Virus record (IMG/VR): IMGVR_UViG_3300045988_081280
DNA length: 43,188 nucleotides
Direction: 5' to 3' (one strand)
Origin: a virus
The number at the start of each line of letters is the position of its first letter. Within the stretch, counting starts at the first letter, position 1. This document shows, in pieces, positions 7,272 through 17,050 of the stretch. The notes under the pieces were generated by a model. That model was not told the DNA's origin. It did not search any database and was given only the letters and a program-made list of their open reading frames with translations. The position numbers were made by a program, and so were the translations under genes.

Positions 7272-8789
7272 ATGGAACAGGAAGAAACGACAGTACAGCA
7301 GCAGCCTACCGGCATAGCCGGGGTGCTTGCACAGGAGGACACAAATGCGGTGATTACCCTGCTTAAGAGCAACAGGGGAAGCAGCCAGCCGGATGTGGCC
7401 AAGATTAAAGCGCAGCTTGACCCGCAGAAGCACGACGTTATGAACCCGGCAAAGCGCAAGGATCGCTGGGTGAAGGTTGATGCCAACGACCCGAACAACG
7501 GAGGCACAGGAAGCGACGACGGAGTCAGAGTCACGACCAGCATATCGCAGGACGGGACGCAGCTCAGGAAGGAGCCGGTGGAGCGCGTAGCCATAGCCTT
7601 GCAGAAGCTTATCGTAAAGAGGGCGGTGGCATTTCTTTTCGGTAACAAGGTACTTCTGGACGCGGATCCGGAGAACGCGCAGGAGGAACAGGCGCTTAAG
7701 AGCTTGAAGAAGATTCTGAAGAAAGCAAAGACGCAGACGCTAAACAGGAGGATAGCCCGCGCGGTATTCAGCTGCACGGAGGCTGCCGAATATTGGTACC
7801 CGGTACCGCAGCCGAATAACAGCCTCTATGGCTTTAATTCCGACTTCAAGCTCCGGTGTTCGATATTTTCGCCGTTGAAAGGCGATGAGCTTTACCCCTA
7901 TTTCGATGAAACAGGAGATATGGTGGCCTTTTCCCGGCAGTTTACCGTAACGGACGCGAGCAAGACAGAACGCACCTACTTCGAGACATACACCGCAGAA
8001 AAGACCTACAGGTGGGAGAACGGAAGCGGAGGCTGGAAGCTTTGCGAAGGGTACCCGACAAATAACCCGATAGGCAAAATCCCGATTATTTACGTAAAAC
8101 AGGAGGACACCGAATGGGCGGACGTTCAGGCGCTAATAGATAGGCTGGAAAAGCTCCTTTCCAACTTCGCAGATACAAACGACTACCACGCAAGCCCGAA
8201 GATTGTAACGAAGGGCGATATTATCAACTTCGCAAAGAAGGGAGAAGCCGGTGCCATAATTGAGATGTCCCCGGACGGAGACGCGCACTATCTTACCTGG
8301 GACAAAGCCCCGGACAGCGTTAAGCTTGAGATAGAGACGCTTCTGCGCTTGATTTACACGATAACGCAGACCCCGGATATCAGCTGGGAGAGCGTAAAGG
8401 GCTTGAATGTTTCAGGCGTAGCGCTTCGCCTTCTTTTCCTTGACGCGCACCTGAAGGTGGAGGACAAAATGGAGGTTTTCGGGGACTTCCTTAGCCGCCG
8501 ATATGCGGTGCTGCTTGAGTATTTGGCCCAGATGAACGCAGGAAATAAAGCCTTCGCGGACGCTTGCAGGACGGTAAACGTAGAGCCTATCGTAACGCCT
8601 TACACGCTTGAGGATGAGAAGGAGAAGGTGGAAATCCTTATGGCGGCCACGGGCCAGAAGGCTATCAGTTCACGCAAGAAAGCCGTAGAACGGCTCGGAT
8701 GGACGGACGACGTAACAGGAGAGATTGACGCGATAGAGGAGGAGGAAGAAATGGCCGCCTACGGCAGCGTTACGGAGCCGACTATATAA
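7272..8789 (+). CDS. Portal protein
   Basis: 505 aa, located directly after terL, with an acidic C-terminal tail. Confidence 0.8.
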   Translation: MEQEETTVQQQPTGIAGVLAQEDTNAVITLLKSNRGSSQPDVAKIKAQLDPQKHDVMNPAKRKDRWVKVDANDPNNGGTGSDDGVRVTTSISQDGTQLRKEPVERVAIALQKLIVKRAVAFLFGNKVLLDADPENAQEEQALKSLKKILKKAKTQTLNRRIARAVFSCTEAAEYWYPVPQPNNSLYGFNSDFKLRCSIFSPLKGDELYPYFDETGDMVAFSRQFTVTDASKTERTYFETYTAEKTYRWENGSGGWKLCEGYPTNNPIGKIPIIYVKQEDTEWADVQALIDRLEKLLSNFADTNDYHASPKIVTKGDIINFAKKGEAGAIIEMSPDGDAHYLTWDKAPDSVKLEIETLLRLIYTITQTPDISWESVKGLNVSGVALRLLFLDAHLKVEDKMEVFGDFLSRRYAVLLEYLAQMNAGNKAFADACRTVNVEPIVTPYTLEDEKEKVEILMAATGQKAISSRKKAVERLGWTDDVTGEIDAIEEEEEMAAYGSVTEPTI

Positions 8790-8861
8790 GAACCCACAGA
8801 AACCGACAAAGGCCCGGAAACGGAAAATTAGGCACCTTTCCGGGCAAATAAACGACCGCTT

Positions 8862-9332
8862 ATGAGCTGTATAAAAGCAAAATTCAACGTAAACGAAGTA
8901 ATAGAGAGTTTAGGCCGGCTTTCAGACATTCTGGTCCAGGCTGTTGTCGAAGCTTTCCAGATGGCCTGCCTTGAGATAACGGCGGAGGCCCGCCAGCTTG
9001 ACACATACACCGACCAGACGAACAACCTGCGCAGCTCCATAGGCTTCGGCGTATATTTGGACGGACACCTGGTGGCGGAGAACTACCAAAACAGCGGCAG
9101 CGGATCCGCAGGAACGGGGGACGAAGGACAGCAGAAGGCGAAGGAGGATGTAGAGAGCATCGCCCGGCAGTATTCCGAAGGCATTGTGGGCGTAATAGTA
9201 GCAGGCGAATATTACGCGCTATATGTAGAAAGCAAGGGCTACGACGTACTTACAGGCCCGGCAAACAAGGCGCAGGAAATTCTGGACAAATATATCGGCA
9301 TTGTTGTAGAGGAACTTAAAGCAGCACTATAA
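8862..9332 (+). CDS. Hypothetical head-module protein
   Basis: ORF between the portal and MuF-like genes. Its stop overlaps the next start (TAATG). Confidence 0.55.
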   Translation: MSCIKAKFNVNEVIESLGRLSDILVQAVVEAFQMACLEITAEARQLDTYTDQTNNLRSSIGFGVYLDGHLVAENYQNSGSGSAGTGDEGQQKAKEDVESIARQYSEGIVGVIVAGEYYALYVESKGYDVLTGPANKAQEILDKYIGIVVEELKAAL

Positions 9333-11710
9333 TGGCAAAGAAAACATACACGACGCAATCGGTAGAGACCTACGCGCTATTAAACAGGCTCGAAAGACAG
9401 CTTACCGACCTTTTCGGCAGCACCTACGAAGGCGCGCTGAAGATAGCAGCCGTAAGGAAGGCAATAGTAGCCGGAGAAAGCTTCACTTTCGACGAAAATC
9501 GCCCGGAGACAAAGCAGCTTATTAGAAGCCTAACCGTTATGGCAGGAAAGGCCGACAGGTTGCTGGCCGACAGCGTAAAGCTTGCCTGGCAGGAGGGCGA
9601 AGAAAGCGTTACAAACGCCTGCTATTCGGCATTTGGCAGCATCAAAGGCAGCAAGGAGGCCGTAAGAGCAATAGCGGACCGCAGCCGCGAGGACTTGCGC
9701 AAGCGCGGCGTTTCGGCTTCCGCCTTCTATAACAGGCAGCACGGCGGTCTGACGATAAGCGACCGAGTATGGAACATAGCCCAGAGCGGCAAAAGCGAGA
9801 TAGAGGAAATCATCCAGCAGGGCGTGCTGCAGGGGAAAAGCGCGGCGGAGATAAGCCGCAGCGTCCGGATCTACCTCCGCAACCCTAACAAGCTTTTCAG
9901 GCGGGTACGCAACAAGGAGACCGGCGAACTTGAGCTGTCCAGGAACGCCCGGAACTACCACCCAGGGCGCGGAGTTTACAGGAGCAGCTGCCAGAACGCT
10001 ATGCGCCTGGCCCGGACGGAGGTAAACGCGGCCTATAGGCGGGCGGAATGGGAGAGCTACCAGAACAACCCGCTTATAACCGGCTACCGCATACAGCTAA
10101 GTAACAACCACACCATCAAAATCAAGGGCAAAGCCGTAGCCTTTCACGATATATGCGACGAATTGGCCGGAGATTACCCCAAGACCTTCCAATGGACCGG
10201 CTGGCACCCGCAATGCCGGTGCAGGATGATACCTATTTTTCTTACGGAAGGCGACTTCAGGGCGAGGATCCGCGCGCTTGCAGCCGGAAAGCTTGACACC
10301 TGGAAGGCCGGCAATACCGTAACGCAGCTGCCGGAAGCCTTTACAGGATGGGTAAAGGCCAACACGGACCGCATAAAGAGCGCAAAGCAAGTCCCCTTCT
10401 TTATTCTTGACAACTACAAAGGAGGAGACCCGACAAAGGGCCTCGTGGACACGATTACGAGCCTGAAGCAGCAGGTCAAGGAAAGCGCGAAGGTTCAGCC
10501 GGTAACGGAGTACGACGGGGAGCTGGCAGACCTTGAGAAATGGTCCGCTACTTTCGAGCTTGACACCACACAGGCGCGGATCCTGCGCGAAGCAGGAGAC
10601 AAAGCTGGGCTGAAGAAGGAGATAGAACGCCTCCAGGAATTGAAGGACGACCGCAGTACGGAATGGCTTACAGCGCGTACCAGGTTGCGAATTTTCGCGG
10701 ATAAGCTTAAAGAGTACCCGGAATATACGAAATACGACAACATTCTGCAACAGTACGAAATTAAGCCACAGGGGCCAACGTGGAAGGAAGCAGTCCAGAA
10801 ACTTAAGGATGCAGCCAACCAGGCGCGTGCGGATTTTGATAAGCGGCTGAAGGAAAAAGAAGCGGAGAAGCAGAGAGCACAAGCAGCAGCGGCTGCAGCA
10901 GCGAAGAAAGCAGCAGAGGCCAGCGACAAGCTCCCAGATATAGAGTATAAAACAGCTACCGATGTCGTAAATGGCCTTAACGCAGTAAACGCCGGACTTG
11001 TAGGGAAACGCTGGGCTCAGAATAGTGCCTCCTTTACGTTAGTAGAAACCAGCAGGCGGGGAATAAACGGATCTACGAATATGGAAGGCAAAATTAATCT
11101 AACCCCAGAACGTTTGAAACTTTGTATTTCCGCATTTGAAAAGATACGGACAGGCAAATCAGATACTATAACAAAGCAAGAAGCAGATGCAATGGGTACG
11201 CTTTGGCACGAGATTACGCATAATAGGCACGTAAACCAGGGTGACGAATTTGCTACGACGAAGCTGCAGGATAAATTTATGGAGCTTGCTAATGAGTTCA
11301 CAGCAAGAAAAAGCCTTCCGGAATTTTATAAGGCCCTGGGCGCAAAAGGGAACCCGGTACCAGAGTTTGAGACTAATAGATCGTCCTCAGGCTACAACCA
11401 AATGGTCATAAATTACGACCAGATAATCGACACTTTGAAGCTTAACCGTTCAGAGGTAACAGCCGCGGTCAGAGAGGGCCTATTTTACGGAAATTACGGA
11501 AGCCAAAAAACGGAACTTGCTAAAGCTTTGCTGAAGGGTGGTATTAAGTTAGCAAGCGGTAAGGACCCTTCAATAAAAACCATTGAGGGGCTAATATCAA
11601 GAATAGCTAACGCAAGAGGCGGCTACTACTTCACGGAAAAAGGATATGTTTACATATCCGCTTCCGAGGAAGTAGAAATGATTTTGAAAGAAAAGAAGTT
11701 TATTCGTTAA
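9332..11710 (+). CDS. MuF/SPP1 gp7-like minor head protein with a long C-terminal extension carrying an HExxH motif
   Basis: MuF-like motifs DRVWNIAQ, RTEVNAAYR and WHPQCRCR are present. These are followed by a coiled-coil and poly-Ala linker, then LWHEITHNRH (11207..11221) and ELANEF. Confidence 0.8.
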   Translation: MAKKTYTTQSVETYALLNRLERQLTDLFGSTYEGALKIAAVRKAIVAGESFTFDENRPETKQLIRSLTVMAGKADRLLADSVKLAWQEGEESVTNACYSAFGSIKGSKEAVRAIADRSREDLRKRGVSASAFYNRQHGGLTISDRVWNIAQSGKSEIEEIIQQGVLQGKSAAEISRSVRIYLRNPNKLFRRVRNKETGELELSRNARNYHPGRGVYRSSCQNAMRLARTEVNAAYRRAEWESYQNNPLITGYRIQLSNNHTIKIKGKAVAFHDICDELAGDYPKTFQWTGWHPQCRCRMIPIFLTEGDFRARIRALAAGKLDTWKAGNTVTQLPEAFTGWVKANTDRIKSAKQVPFFILDNYKGGDPTKGLVDTITSLKQQVKESAKVQPVTEYDGELADLEKWSATFELDTTQARILREAGDKAGLKKEIERLQELKDDRSTEWLTARTRLRIFADKLKEYPEYTKYDNILQQYEIKPQGPTWKEAVQKLKDAANQARADFDKRLKEKEAEKQRAQAAAAAAAKKAAEASDKLPDIEYKTATDVVNGLNAVNAGLVGKRWAQNSASFTLVETSRRGINGSTNMEGKINLTPERLKLCISAFEKIRTGKSDTITKQEADAMGTLWHEITHNRHVNQGDEFATTKLQDKFMELANEFTARKSLPEFYKALGAKGNPVPEFETNRSSSGYNQMVINYDQIIDTLKLNRSEVTAAVREGLFYGNYGSQKTELAKALLKGGIKLASGKDPSIKTIEGLISRIANARGGYYFTEKGYVYISASEEVEMILKEKKFIR

Positions 11711-11939
11711 AAAATTCCCGGAGTTCAGATGCGAACTGATTATTTACAGCTTCAGCAAGCGCTGGATCCGGGAGCTCCTCGGCGACAGCAAGAAGAGCGC
11801 GGGCGTTTTCCGCCGGCCTGTTGAGCCAAACGGCAATGCTTTCAGCTTTACCAGGAGCCGGAAGCCCCAGGGACATAACGAGAGAATCAGACGCGAAATC
11901 AAAAGGCGTCTTTTTTCGGAGGTTTTTATAATTAGCCAT
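11700..11939 (-). CDS. Small hypothetical protein, the only minus-strand gene inside the structural module (moron-like)
   Basis: The ATG at 11939 gives MANYKNLRKK...; the longer ORF starts at 11978. It is convergent with the MuF-like gene and overlaps its 3' end by 11 nt. Confidence 0.45.
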   Translation of the reverse strand: MANYKNLRKKTPFDFASDSLVMSLGLPAPGKAESIAVWLNRPAENARALLAVAEELPDPALAEAVNNQFASELREFFNE

Positions 11940-12174
11940 AATTACACAATTTTCGCAAGTGTACGAAGAAAACTGCACACGTCCAAATCTTTAGGCGGGA
12001 ATTTGAGCCGGAGCCAGCGTCTTACACTAAGTTATTTTTGCCGAATTTTGCGCGTGTCGCGTTTTCTTGCGAAGGTGGTATAATTATATACCAGGAAAAT
12101 TTACGGGCAAAATAGGGCCATTTGTGGGGCTTGTGGAAAACTATTGAAAAATAGGCCTTGTTTTGGCGCTTTTT

Positions 12175-12199
12175 GTATTAGACTAATACGCTACATTTG
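12175..12199 (+). promoter_or_regulatory. Palindrome GTATTA-GAC-TAATAC (12175..12189) plus TACATTTG -7 box (12192..12199)
   Basis: Read directly, 27 nt upstream of the scaffold gene start. Confidence 0.55.
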
Positions 12200-12225
12200 C
12201 AGGAGTAAACTAAAACGCTTTTACA

Positions 12226-12957
12226 ATGAATTTATTTGAACAAATCCTCGCGCTACTTGTTTCAACATTTCAAGGCGTGCGACGTGATGGGCTTGAGGTA
12301 TTGGCGCAAGTGCTTAGCCAGACCAACGAGACCATCGAAGAAGCTACAGCCGTAGTCAAGAAGATGACGCCGGAGAAAGTAGCAGCCTTCATTACAGATT
12401 GGCGCAAAGGCGCAGACAAGGAAATTACCAGGGCAAACCAGACATTCGAAGCCGGCCTTAAAGAAAAGTACGACTTCGTGGACAAGAAGCAGAAACCGCA
12501 GGATCCTCCGGCACCCCCACAGCCAGGATCCGCAGGCTTGACAGCGGAACAGATTGCGGAGCTCGTACAGAACGCCGTAAAAACCGCTACTGCAGACCTT
12601 ACCGCCCAGGTGTCATCCATTACCGGCGCACAGGTAGCCAGTCAGAGAAAAGCGCAGCTGGAAGGGATATTTTCAGGCACAAACGTACCTGCTTCTTTCA
12701 AGAAATCCATTCTTGAAGGATTTGAGGGCCGCAGCTTTGAAAATGATGAAGCCTTTAACGCCTACCTTACCCAGCAGAAGCAGACAGTAGCAGACTTTAC
12801 TCAGGAGCTTGCAAACGCGGGCCTCGGCGGGGCTTCAAAGCCTATCTTCGGGTCCAAGAACAGCGACGGAGTAAGCTCAGCTGTTACGAGCTTCATCAAG
12901 GACCAGGCCGATGCAGCCGCAGGCAAAGGCGGCGGCTTGAGCGGCAAGAGCATTTAA
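12226..12957 (+). CDS. Putative scaffolding protein
   Basis: Helical and low-complexity, Ala/Gln/Lys-rich. Position is upstream of the capsid genes. Confidence 0.55.
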   Translation: MNLFEQILALLVSTFQGVRRDGLEVLAQVLSQTNETIEEATAVVKKMTPEKVAAFITDWRKGADKEITRANQTFEAGLKEKYDFVDKKQKPQDPPAPPQPGSAGLTAEQIAELVQNAVKTATADLTAQVSSITGAQVASQRKAQLEGIFSGTNVPASFKKSILEGFEGRSFENDEAFNAYLTQQKQTVADFTQELANAGLGGASKPIFGSKNSDGVSSAVTSFIKDQADAAAGKGGGLSGKSI

Positions 12958-12975
12958 CAACAAACAAGTAAAATT

Positions 12976-13566
12976 ATGTTCAAAATCTACAGAAAGAACG
13001 ATGGGCGCGTAATTCGCGCTTTCGTACATAAGGTGGCGGACATCCCCAACGGCGTAAACGTAGCTACTTCAGACCTTCCGGACGGAGCTATCCTCCCGGA
13101 GGGCGCAGTCGTAGGAAAGGACTCCGCTACGGGCGTTTTCCACGTTGTAAAGACCGCGCTGGTAGCAGCAGTAGCAGGAGCAGACGCAACAACCTACACC
13201 GTAAAGAAAGGGCACCTTTTCAAAATTGGTGACGTTGTTATGCTGAAGGCAGGGGCGAAGGCCTATGCTATTACCGGCATTTCGCAGAACGTTGCAGACG
13301 CAAGCTGCGAGGATATCAGAGTGAGCACCACTCTGGGAGCCGCAGCAAAAGGCGACGCGCTTATCCTTGCAAAAGCGCAGACCGGAGGCGCAGACTCAGC
13401 GCTGCCATTCGGCAAGCCTTACGCCGTTGTTGGCGACAGCTACAACGTAACAGCCAAAGGCAACATTTTCGCAAACGCCTGGCTTGTAGGCGTAGTTAAG
13501 GAGCAGGTGGCACCGGTAGCCCCAGAGAGCGTCCGCGCACTTGTTTCAGGTATTCACTTCATTTAA
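12976..13566 (+). CDS. Putative head decoration or auxiliary capsid protein
   Basis: 196-aa Ala/Val/Gly-rich ORF directly upstream of the major capsid gene. The call is positional. Confidence 0.5.
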   Translation: MFKIYRKNDGRVIRAFVHKVADIPNGVNVATSDLPDGAILPEGAVVGKDSATGVFHVVKTALVAAVAGADATTYTVKKGHLFKIGDVVMLKAGAKAYAITGISQNVADASCEDIRVSTTLGAAAKGDALILAKAQTGGADSALPFGKPYAVVGDSYNVTAKGNIFANAWLVGVVKEQVAPVAPESVRALVSGIHFI

Positions 13567-13580
13567 CAGGAGGGTAAACG

Positions 13581-14678
13581 ATGATACAGAGTCTTATGCA
13601 GGGCCTGAACGAAAGAGATATGCAGGCAGTTGTAAATAGCTACAACCTTACCCCATTCTATTGGCCTACCCTTTTCCCGCTTAAACAGAACCTTACACTT
13701 ACCTGGAAGGCGCTGGAGCGGAAAGCCGGCCTTCGCATAGCCGCAGACATTGTGGCCAGGGGTTCTAAGCTTACAGCCAAAACCAGACAGGCAATCGCCA
13801 AGCTTACCGGCGATATTCCAAAGGTAGCCATCAAGAGAGAGAAGGACGAGGACGAGCTGAACGAATACGACCTTATGGTCGCACTTGCTTCAGACGACGC
13901 GAACCTTAAGGCGCTTGTAGAGGCGTGGGCGGAGGATACACAATTTTGCTGGGACGGCGTAGCTTCCAGGCTTGAATGGATTGCCCTCCAGACTATGTCC
14001 TTAGGTAAGGTTACACTTACCAACGAGAACAACGTAGGACCGCTTTCAGAGTTCGACGTAGATTACGAGATGGACGAGCGCAAGCTGGGCTATTTCGCCG
14101 GTTCCAACACCTGGGACAACGTAGCGGCAAAGCCTATTTCTAAGGACTTCCGTGGTGTTATTACAGCGGCGCGCAAGAAGGGCGTAAACCTTAAGTACGC
14201 CTTCATGAATACTAACACCTTCGCAAAGTTCGCAGAGATTGAGGAGGTAAAGAAAATTTCCGCAAGCTACGTTCAGAACGTACTCGGTGCTACCTTCACG
14301 CCTACCGTAGATGCGGTAAACACCGCGCTCAAAACGCTGGCCTACCTTCACGGGCTTGAGATCCGCGTAATAGACCAGAATATTACCGTAGAGCTTTCAA
14401 ACGGCGAGGAGCACACCGGCAACCCATTCGCTGACGACGTTGTCATGTTCAGCGAGAGTCTGGTGCAGGGCCAGACATTCTGGACCGTTCCGACCGACTT
14501 CAAGCGCGAGGGCACACCGGCCATCAAGGTAATGAACGGCCCTATCCTTATCAAGAAATTCGCAGAGGAGGAGCCGATCAAGGAAGTAACCATCGGCACA
14601 GCCAACGCCTTCCCGGCCTGGCTTGCAAGCGGTAACAGCTACCTTCTTGACGTAACACACGACGCGTGGTCGAAGTAG
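13581..14678 (+). CDS. Major capsid protein (lambda gpE-like size and position)
   Basis: 365 aa, followed by a strong hairpin. Gene order and length fit the call. Confidence 0.75.
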   Translation: MIQSLMQGLNERDMQAVVNSYNLTPFYWPTLFPLKQNLTLTWKALERKAGLRIAADIVARGSKLTAKTRQAIAKLTGDIPKVAIKREKDEDELNEYDLMVALASDDANLKALVEAWAEDTQFCWDGVASRLEWIALQTMSLGKVTLTNENNVGPLSEFDVDYEMDERKLGYFAGSNTWDNVAAKPISKDFRGVITAARKKGVNLKYAFMNTNTFAKFAEIEEVKKISASYVQNVLGATFTPTVDAVNTALKTLAYLHGLEIRVIDQNITVELSNGEEHTGNPFADDVVMFSESLVQGQTFWTVPTDFKREGTPAIKVMNGPILIKKFAEEEPIKEVTIGTANAFPAWLASGNSYLLDVTHDAWSK

Positions 14679-14685
14679 CATTTAA

Positions 14686-14714
14686 GGGCGGTTACATAGC
14701 ATAACCGCCCATTT
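14686..14714 (+). terminator. Hairpin after the major capsid gene
   Basis: gggcggtta-catagca-taaccgccc gives a 9-bp stem. The T-tail is weak (attt). Confidence 0.55.
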
Positions 14715-14735
14715 AACCCGAATAAAAGCAGAGCT

Positions 14736-15047
14736 ATGACGTACAAAGAGTGGATGACCCGCACAGCTTCACGCTTCCAGATAGGAGAGGCGGACGCGGA
14801 ATTGATACTTACCAACCAGGCGGACCTGATACCGGATCCGGAGGCCCAGGTGGACGTCCGGACAGCGAAAACGGCCCTTTGCAGGGAGTTCGCAACCGTT
14901 ATCCCGTTGGCAAACGTAAGCGAAGGCGGCTACAGCATAAGCTGGAATATTGAGGCGCTCAAGCTTTGGTATTCCACCACTTGCGCGGAGTTGGGCCTGC
15001 AGGATGTTTCAAAACCGAAAATTCGAAATAAGAGTTACTTATGGTAG
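14736..15047 (+). CDS. Putative head-tail connector/adaptor
   Basis: 103-aa ORF directly after the capsid gene. The call is positional. Confidence 0.55.
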   Translation: MTYKEWMTRTASRFQIGEADAELILTNQADLIPDPEAQVDVRTAKTALCREFATVIPLANVSEGGYSISWNIEALKLWYSTTCAELGLQDVSKPKIRNKSYLW

Positions 15048-15427
15048 GCTTGAGGCAATACCCACATTTTCTCTACATCTACCGAGCAGCCCAGGCGCAG
15101 CAGAACGAAAACGGCAGCTTCGAAGCCGGGACGCAGGACAGCTGGGAGCTTTTCTCCGTTTGCAGGGAGGAGCCAAATGGCAAAGGCGCGACCATTCAGG
15201 TGGCCGACAGCCAGGTGCTTGTGTTCGCGGCCCTTGTGCAGCTTCCGTCAGGGCTTGAGCAGATACCGGAAGGCACAAAGGTAGCCGTTACCGCCTTCCA
15301 GGTTCAACCGGAGATGCTCAGGGACGAAGGATGGCGAGCCGAAAGCACCAGAACGGGGCTCTTGAGAATTACCGGAACAGTAGCGAAGTACGACCGCGGC
15401 CAGCTTCATAACCGATGCTGGCTATAA
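15041..15427 (+). CDS. Putative head closure / head-tail joining protein
   Basis: 128-aa ORF overlapping both neighbours. The call is positional. Confidence 0.55.
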   Translation: MVGLRQYPHFLYIYRAAQAQQNENGSFEAGTQDSWELFSVCREEPNGKGATIQVADSQVLVFAALVQLPSGLEQIPEGTKVAVTAFQVQPEMLRDEGWRAESTRTGLLRITGTVAKYDRGQLHNRCWL

Positions 15428-15858
15428 CACCCACAGAAATGCAGACTATAGAGCTTGAAGATATTTTGTATAAGGCGCTCAAGGCTTCCGAGCCGGTAGC
15501 CGCAGCCATAGACGGGGGCATCTTCGTCCTGGGCGAAAGGCCGGAGGGTTCAGGCAAGGTGGACATAGTTATAAATACGATTACAGGCGGAACCGGCACC
15601 AGGCCACAGAACGCCGTAGTAAACGTAAATATCCACGTTCCGGACTTGCTTCTGACCATAGACGGAGTCCAGCAGAGGAAGGCCAACAGAGAACGCCTGC
15701 GCCCGGTTGTAAAAGCCGTAAGGCAGACTATCAACGCGGCGAATATTGAGGGCTTGAGCTTGCAGATCGTAGGAGAAAACATTATCCGCGAGACACAGGT
15801 GCCAGAGCACTACGCTAACATTCGGGTAAATTGTTACATAGTTCAGACAAACGAATAA
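15415..15858 (+). CDS. Putative tail completion/terminator protein
   Basis: 147-aa ORF directly upstream of the major tail protein gene. Confidence 0.55.
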   Translation: MLAITPTEMQTIELEDILYKALKASEPVAAAIDGGIFVLGERPEGSGKVDIVINTITGGTGTRPQNAVVNVNIHVPDLLLTIDGVQQRKANRERLRPVVKAVRQTINAANIEGLSLQIVGENIIRETQVPEHYANIRVNCYIVQTNE

Positions 15859-15871
15859 AACAAAGTTTATT

Positions 15872-16390
15872 ATGGCTAAAAAAGTATATACTCTCGGCCT
15901 TGCGAGCATTGAGGTCGGAGACATAGCCGCCGATGGCGGTATGGGCGAAAATTTGACTTCGCTGGGCTACACCTACCAGGACACCGCCCAGATGACGACA
16001 AACGACCCTACTACTACGGACTTCTACGCGGAGGAAGTAGATGACCCGGTGCTCAGCATCAGCCGCGCCGGTACAATTCAGTTCAAATGGAGCCTTATGA
16101 ACCCTTCCGTCGAGACCTTGCAGACCCTTATGGGCGGCACCATCAAGAAAACCGGCGAAGGGGCGGAGGAACACGACACCTGGGAGGCTCCGGACGTTTT
16201 GCCTACCATTGAGAAATCCGTGAAGATTACACCGCTTCAGGGCCTTAAGTTCGCCGTTCCGCGCCTTCGCATTGTAGCGAAGCTTAACGGTAACTTCAGC
16301 AAGACGGGAATGGTGCTCGTAGAAGTAACCGGAACCGTTATGAAGCCGGAGAAAGAAGGTATCAAGAAGCTTTCCGTAAGTTTGGCATAA
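15872..16390 (+). CDS. Major tail protein
   Basis: 172 aa, followed by a strong terminator and the chaperone/tape-measure genes. Confidence 0.7.
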   Translation: MAKKVYTLGLASIEVGDIAADGGMGENLTSLGYTYQDTAQMTTNDPTTTDFYAEEVDDPVLSISRAGTIQFKWSLMNPSVETLQTLMGGTIKKTGEGAEEHDTWEAPDVLPTIEKSVKITPLQGLKFAVPRLRIVAKLNGNFSKTGMVLVEVTGTVMKPEKEGIKKLSVSLA

Positions 16391-16414
16391 GCGGGGCTTC
16401 CCGTGGTTGTGGTT

Positions 16415-16452
16415 GCAAGCCCCTAATAGTTTAATTCGGGGCTTGCTTTTTT
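16415..16452 (+). terminator. Intrinsic terminator
   Basis: gcaagcccc pairs with ggggcttgc (9 bp), followed by tttttt. Confidence 0.75.
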
Positions 16453-16468
16453 GTAAATAGCAGGAATT

Positions 16469-17050
16469 ATGGCAGCAGACGAAAATATATTACAGGACGC
16501 GGAGAAAACGCTGAAGGACATAGAGCGCGACGAACTGAACCGGATAATCGGGAACGGGGTAAGCTTCACTATTACACGGAGGATCCGCCGGAAAAAGGCC
16601 TTTCCGAAAATTGGCTACCAGGTTGAGACTATAAGCGAGAAATACGAGATCCAGGAACCGACGCTCTCCACGCTTGACAGATTGTCGGCAATTTGGATTG
16701 ATATGGACATCCCGGAACAGGAGCTCCTGAAGGGCGGGGCGGACACCATACGCACGGCTAAGAATTTGGCTAACATAAACGCCCGCAGAATGGCCCGGAT
16801 AATTGCAGTAGCAGTCATAGGCGAAGATTATTTTATCCCTTGCGAGAGGTACGGAAGAACGGCGTACAAGGGCAACGACAAGGCGCTGGACGATTTGACA
16901 GAAATATTTTTGCACAGCCTTCGGCCTTCGGAGCTTGTAAGCCTTGCGCAGACCGTAACCGCCGTTTCGAATTTAGGGGATTTTATAGCCTCTATGCGAT
17001 TGATGAGCGGCGCACGCACGACACAACCGATGACGGGTCGTATAGAGTGA
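16469..17050 (+). CDS. Tail assembly chaperone (gpG-like)
   Basis: Located immediately upstream of the tape measure gene. An overlapping -1 frame is open from 16840. Confidence 0.65.
   Translation: MAADENILQDAEKTLKDIERDELNRIIGNGVSFTITRRIRRKKAFPKIGYQVETISEKYEIQEPTLSTLDRLSAIWIDMDIPEQELLKGGADTIRTAKNLANINARRMARIIAVAVIGEDYFIPCERYGRTAYKGNDKALDDLTEIFLHSLRPSELVSLAQTVTAVSNLGDFIASMRLMSGARTTQPMTGRIE

Noticed and set aside
10855-10925. GCA/GCG-rich repeat (poly-Ala) and the Gly/Ser-rich tract at 18880..18950
   Set aside because: These are in-frame low-complexity linkers within the MuF-like and tape measure proteins, not independent repeat elements.
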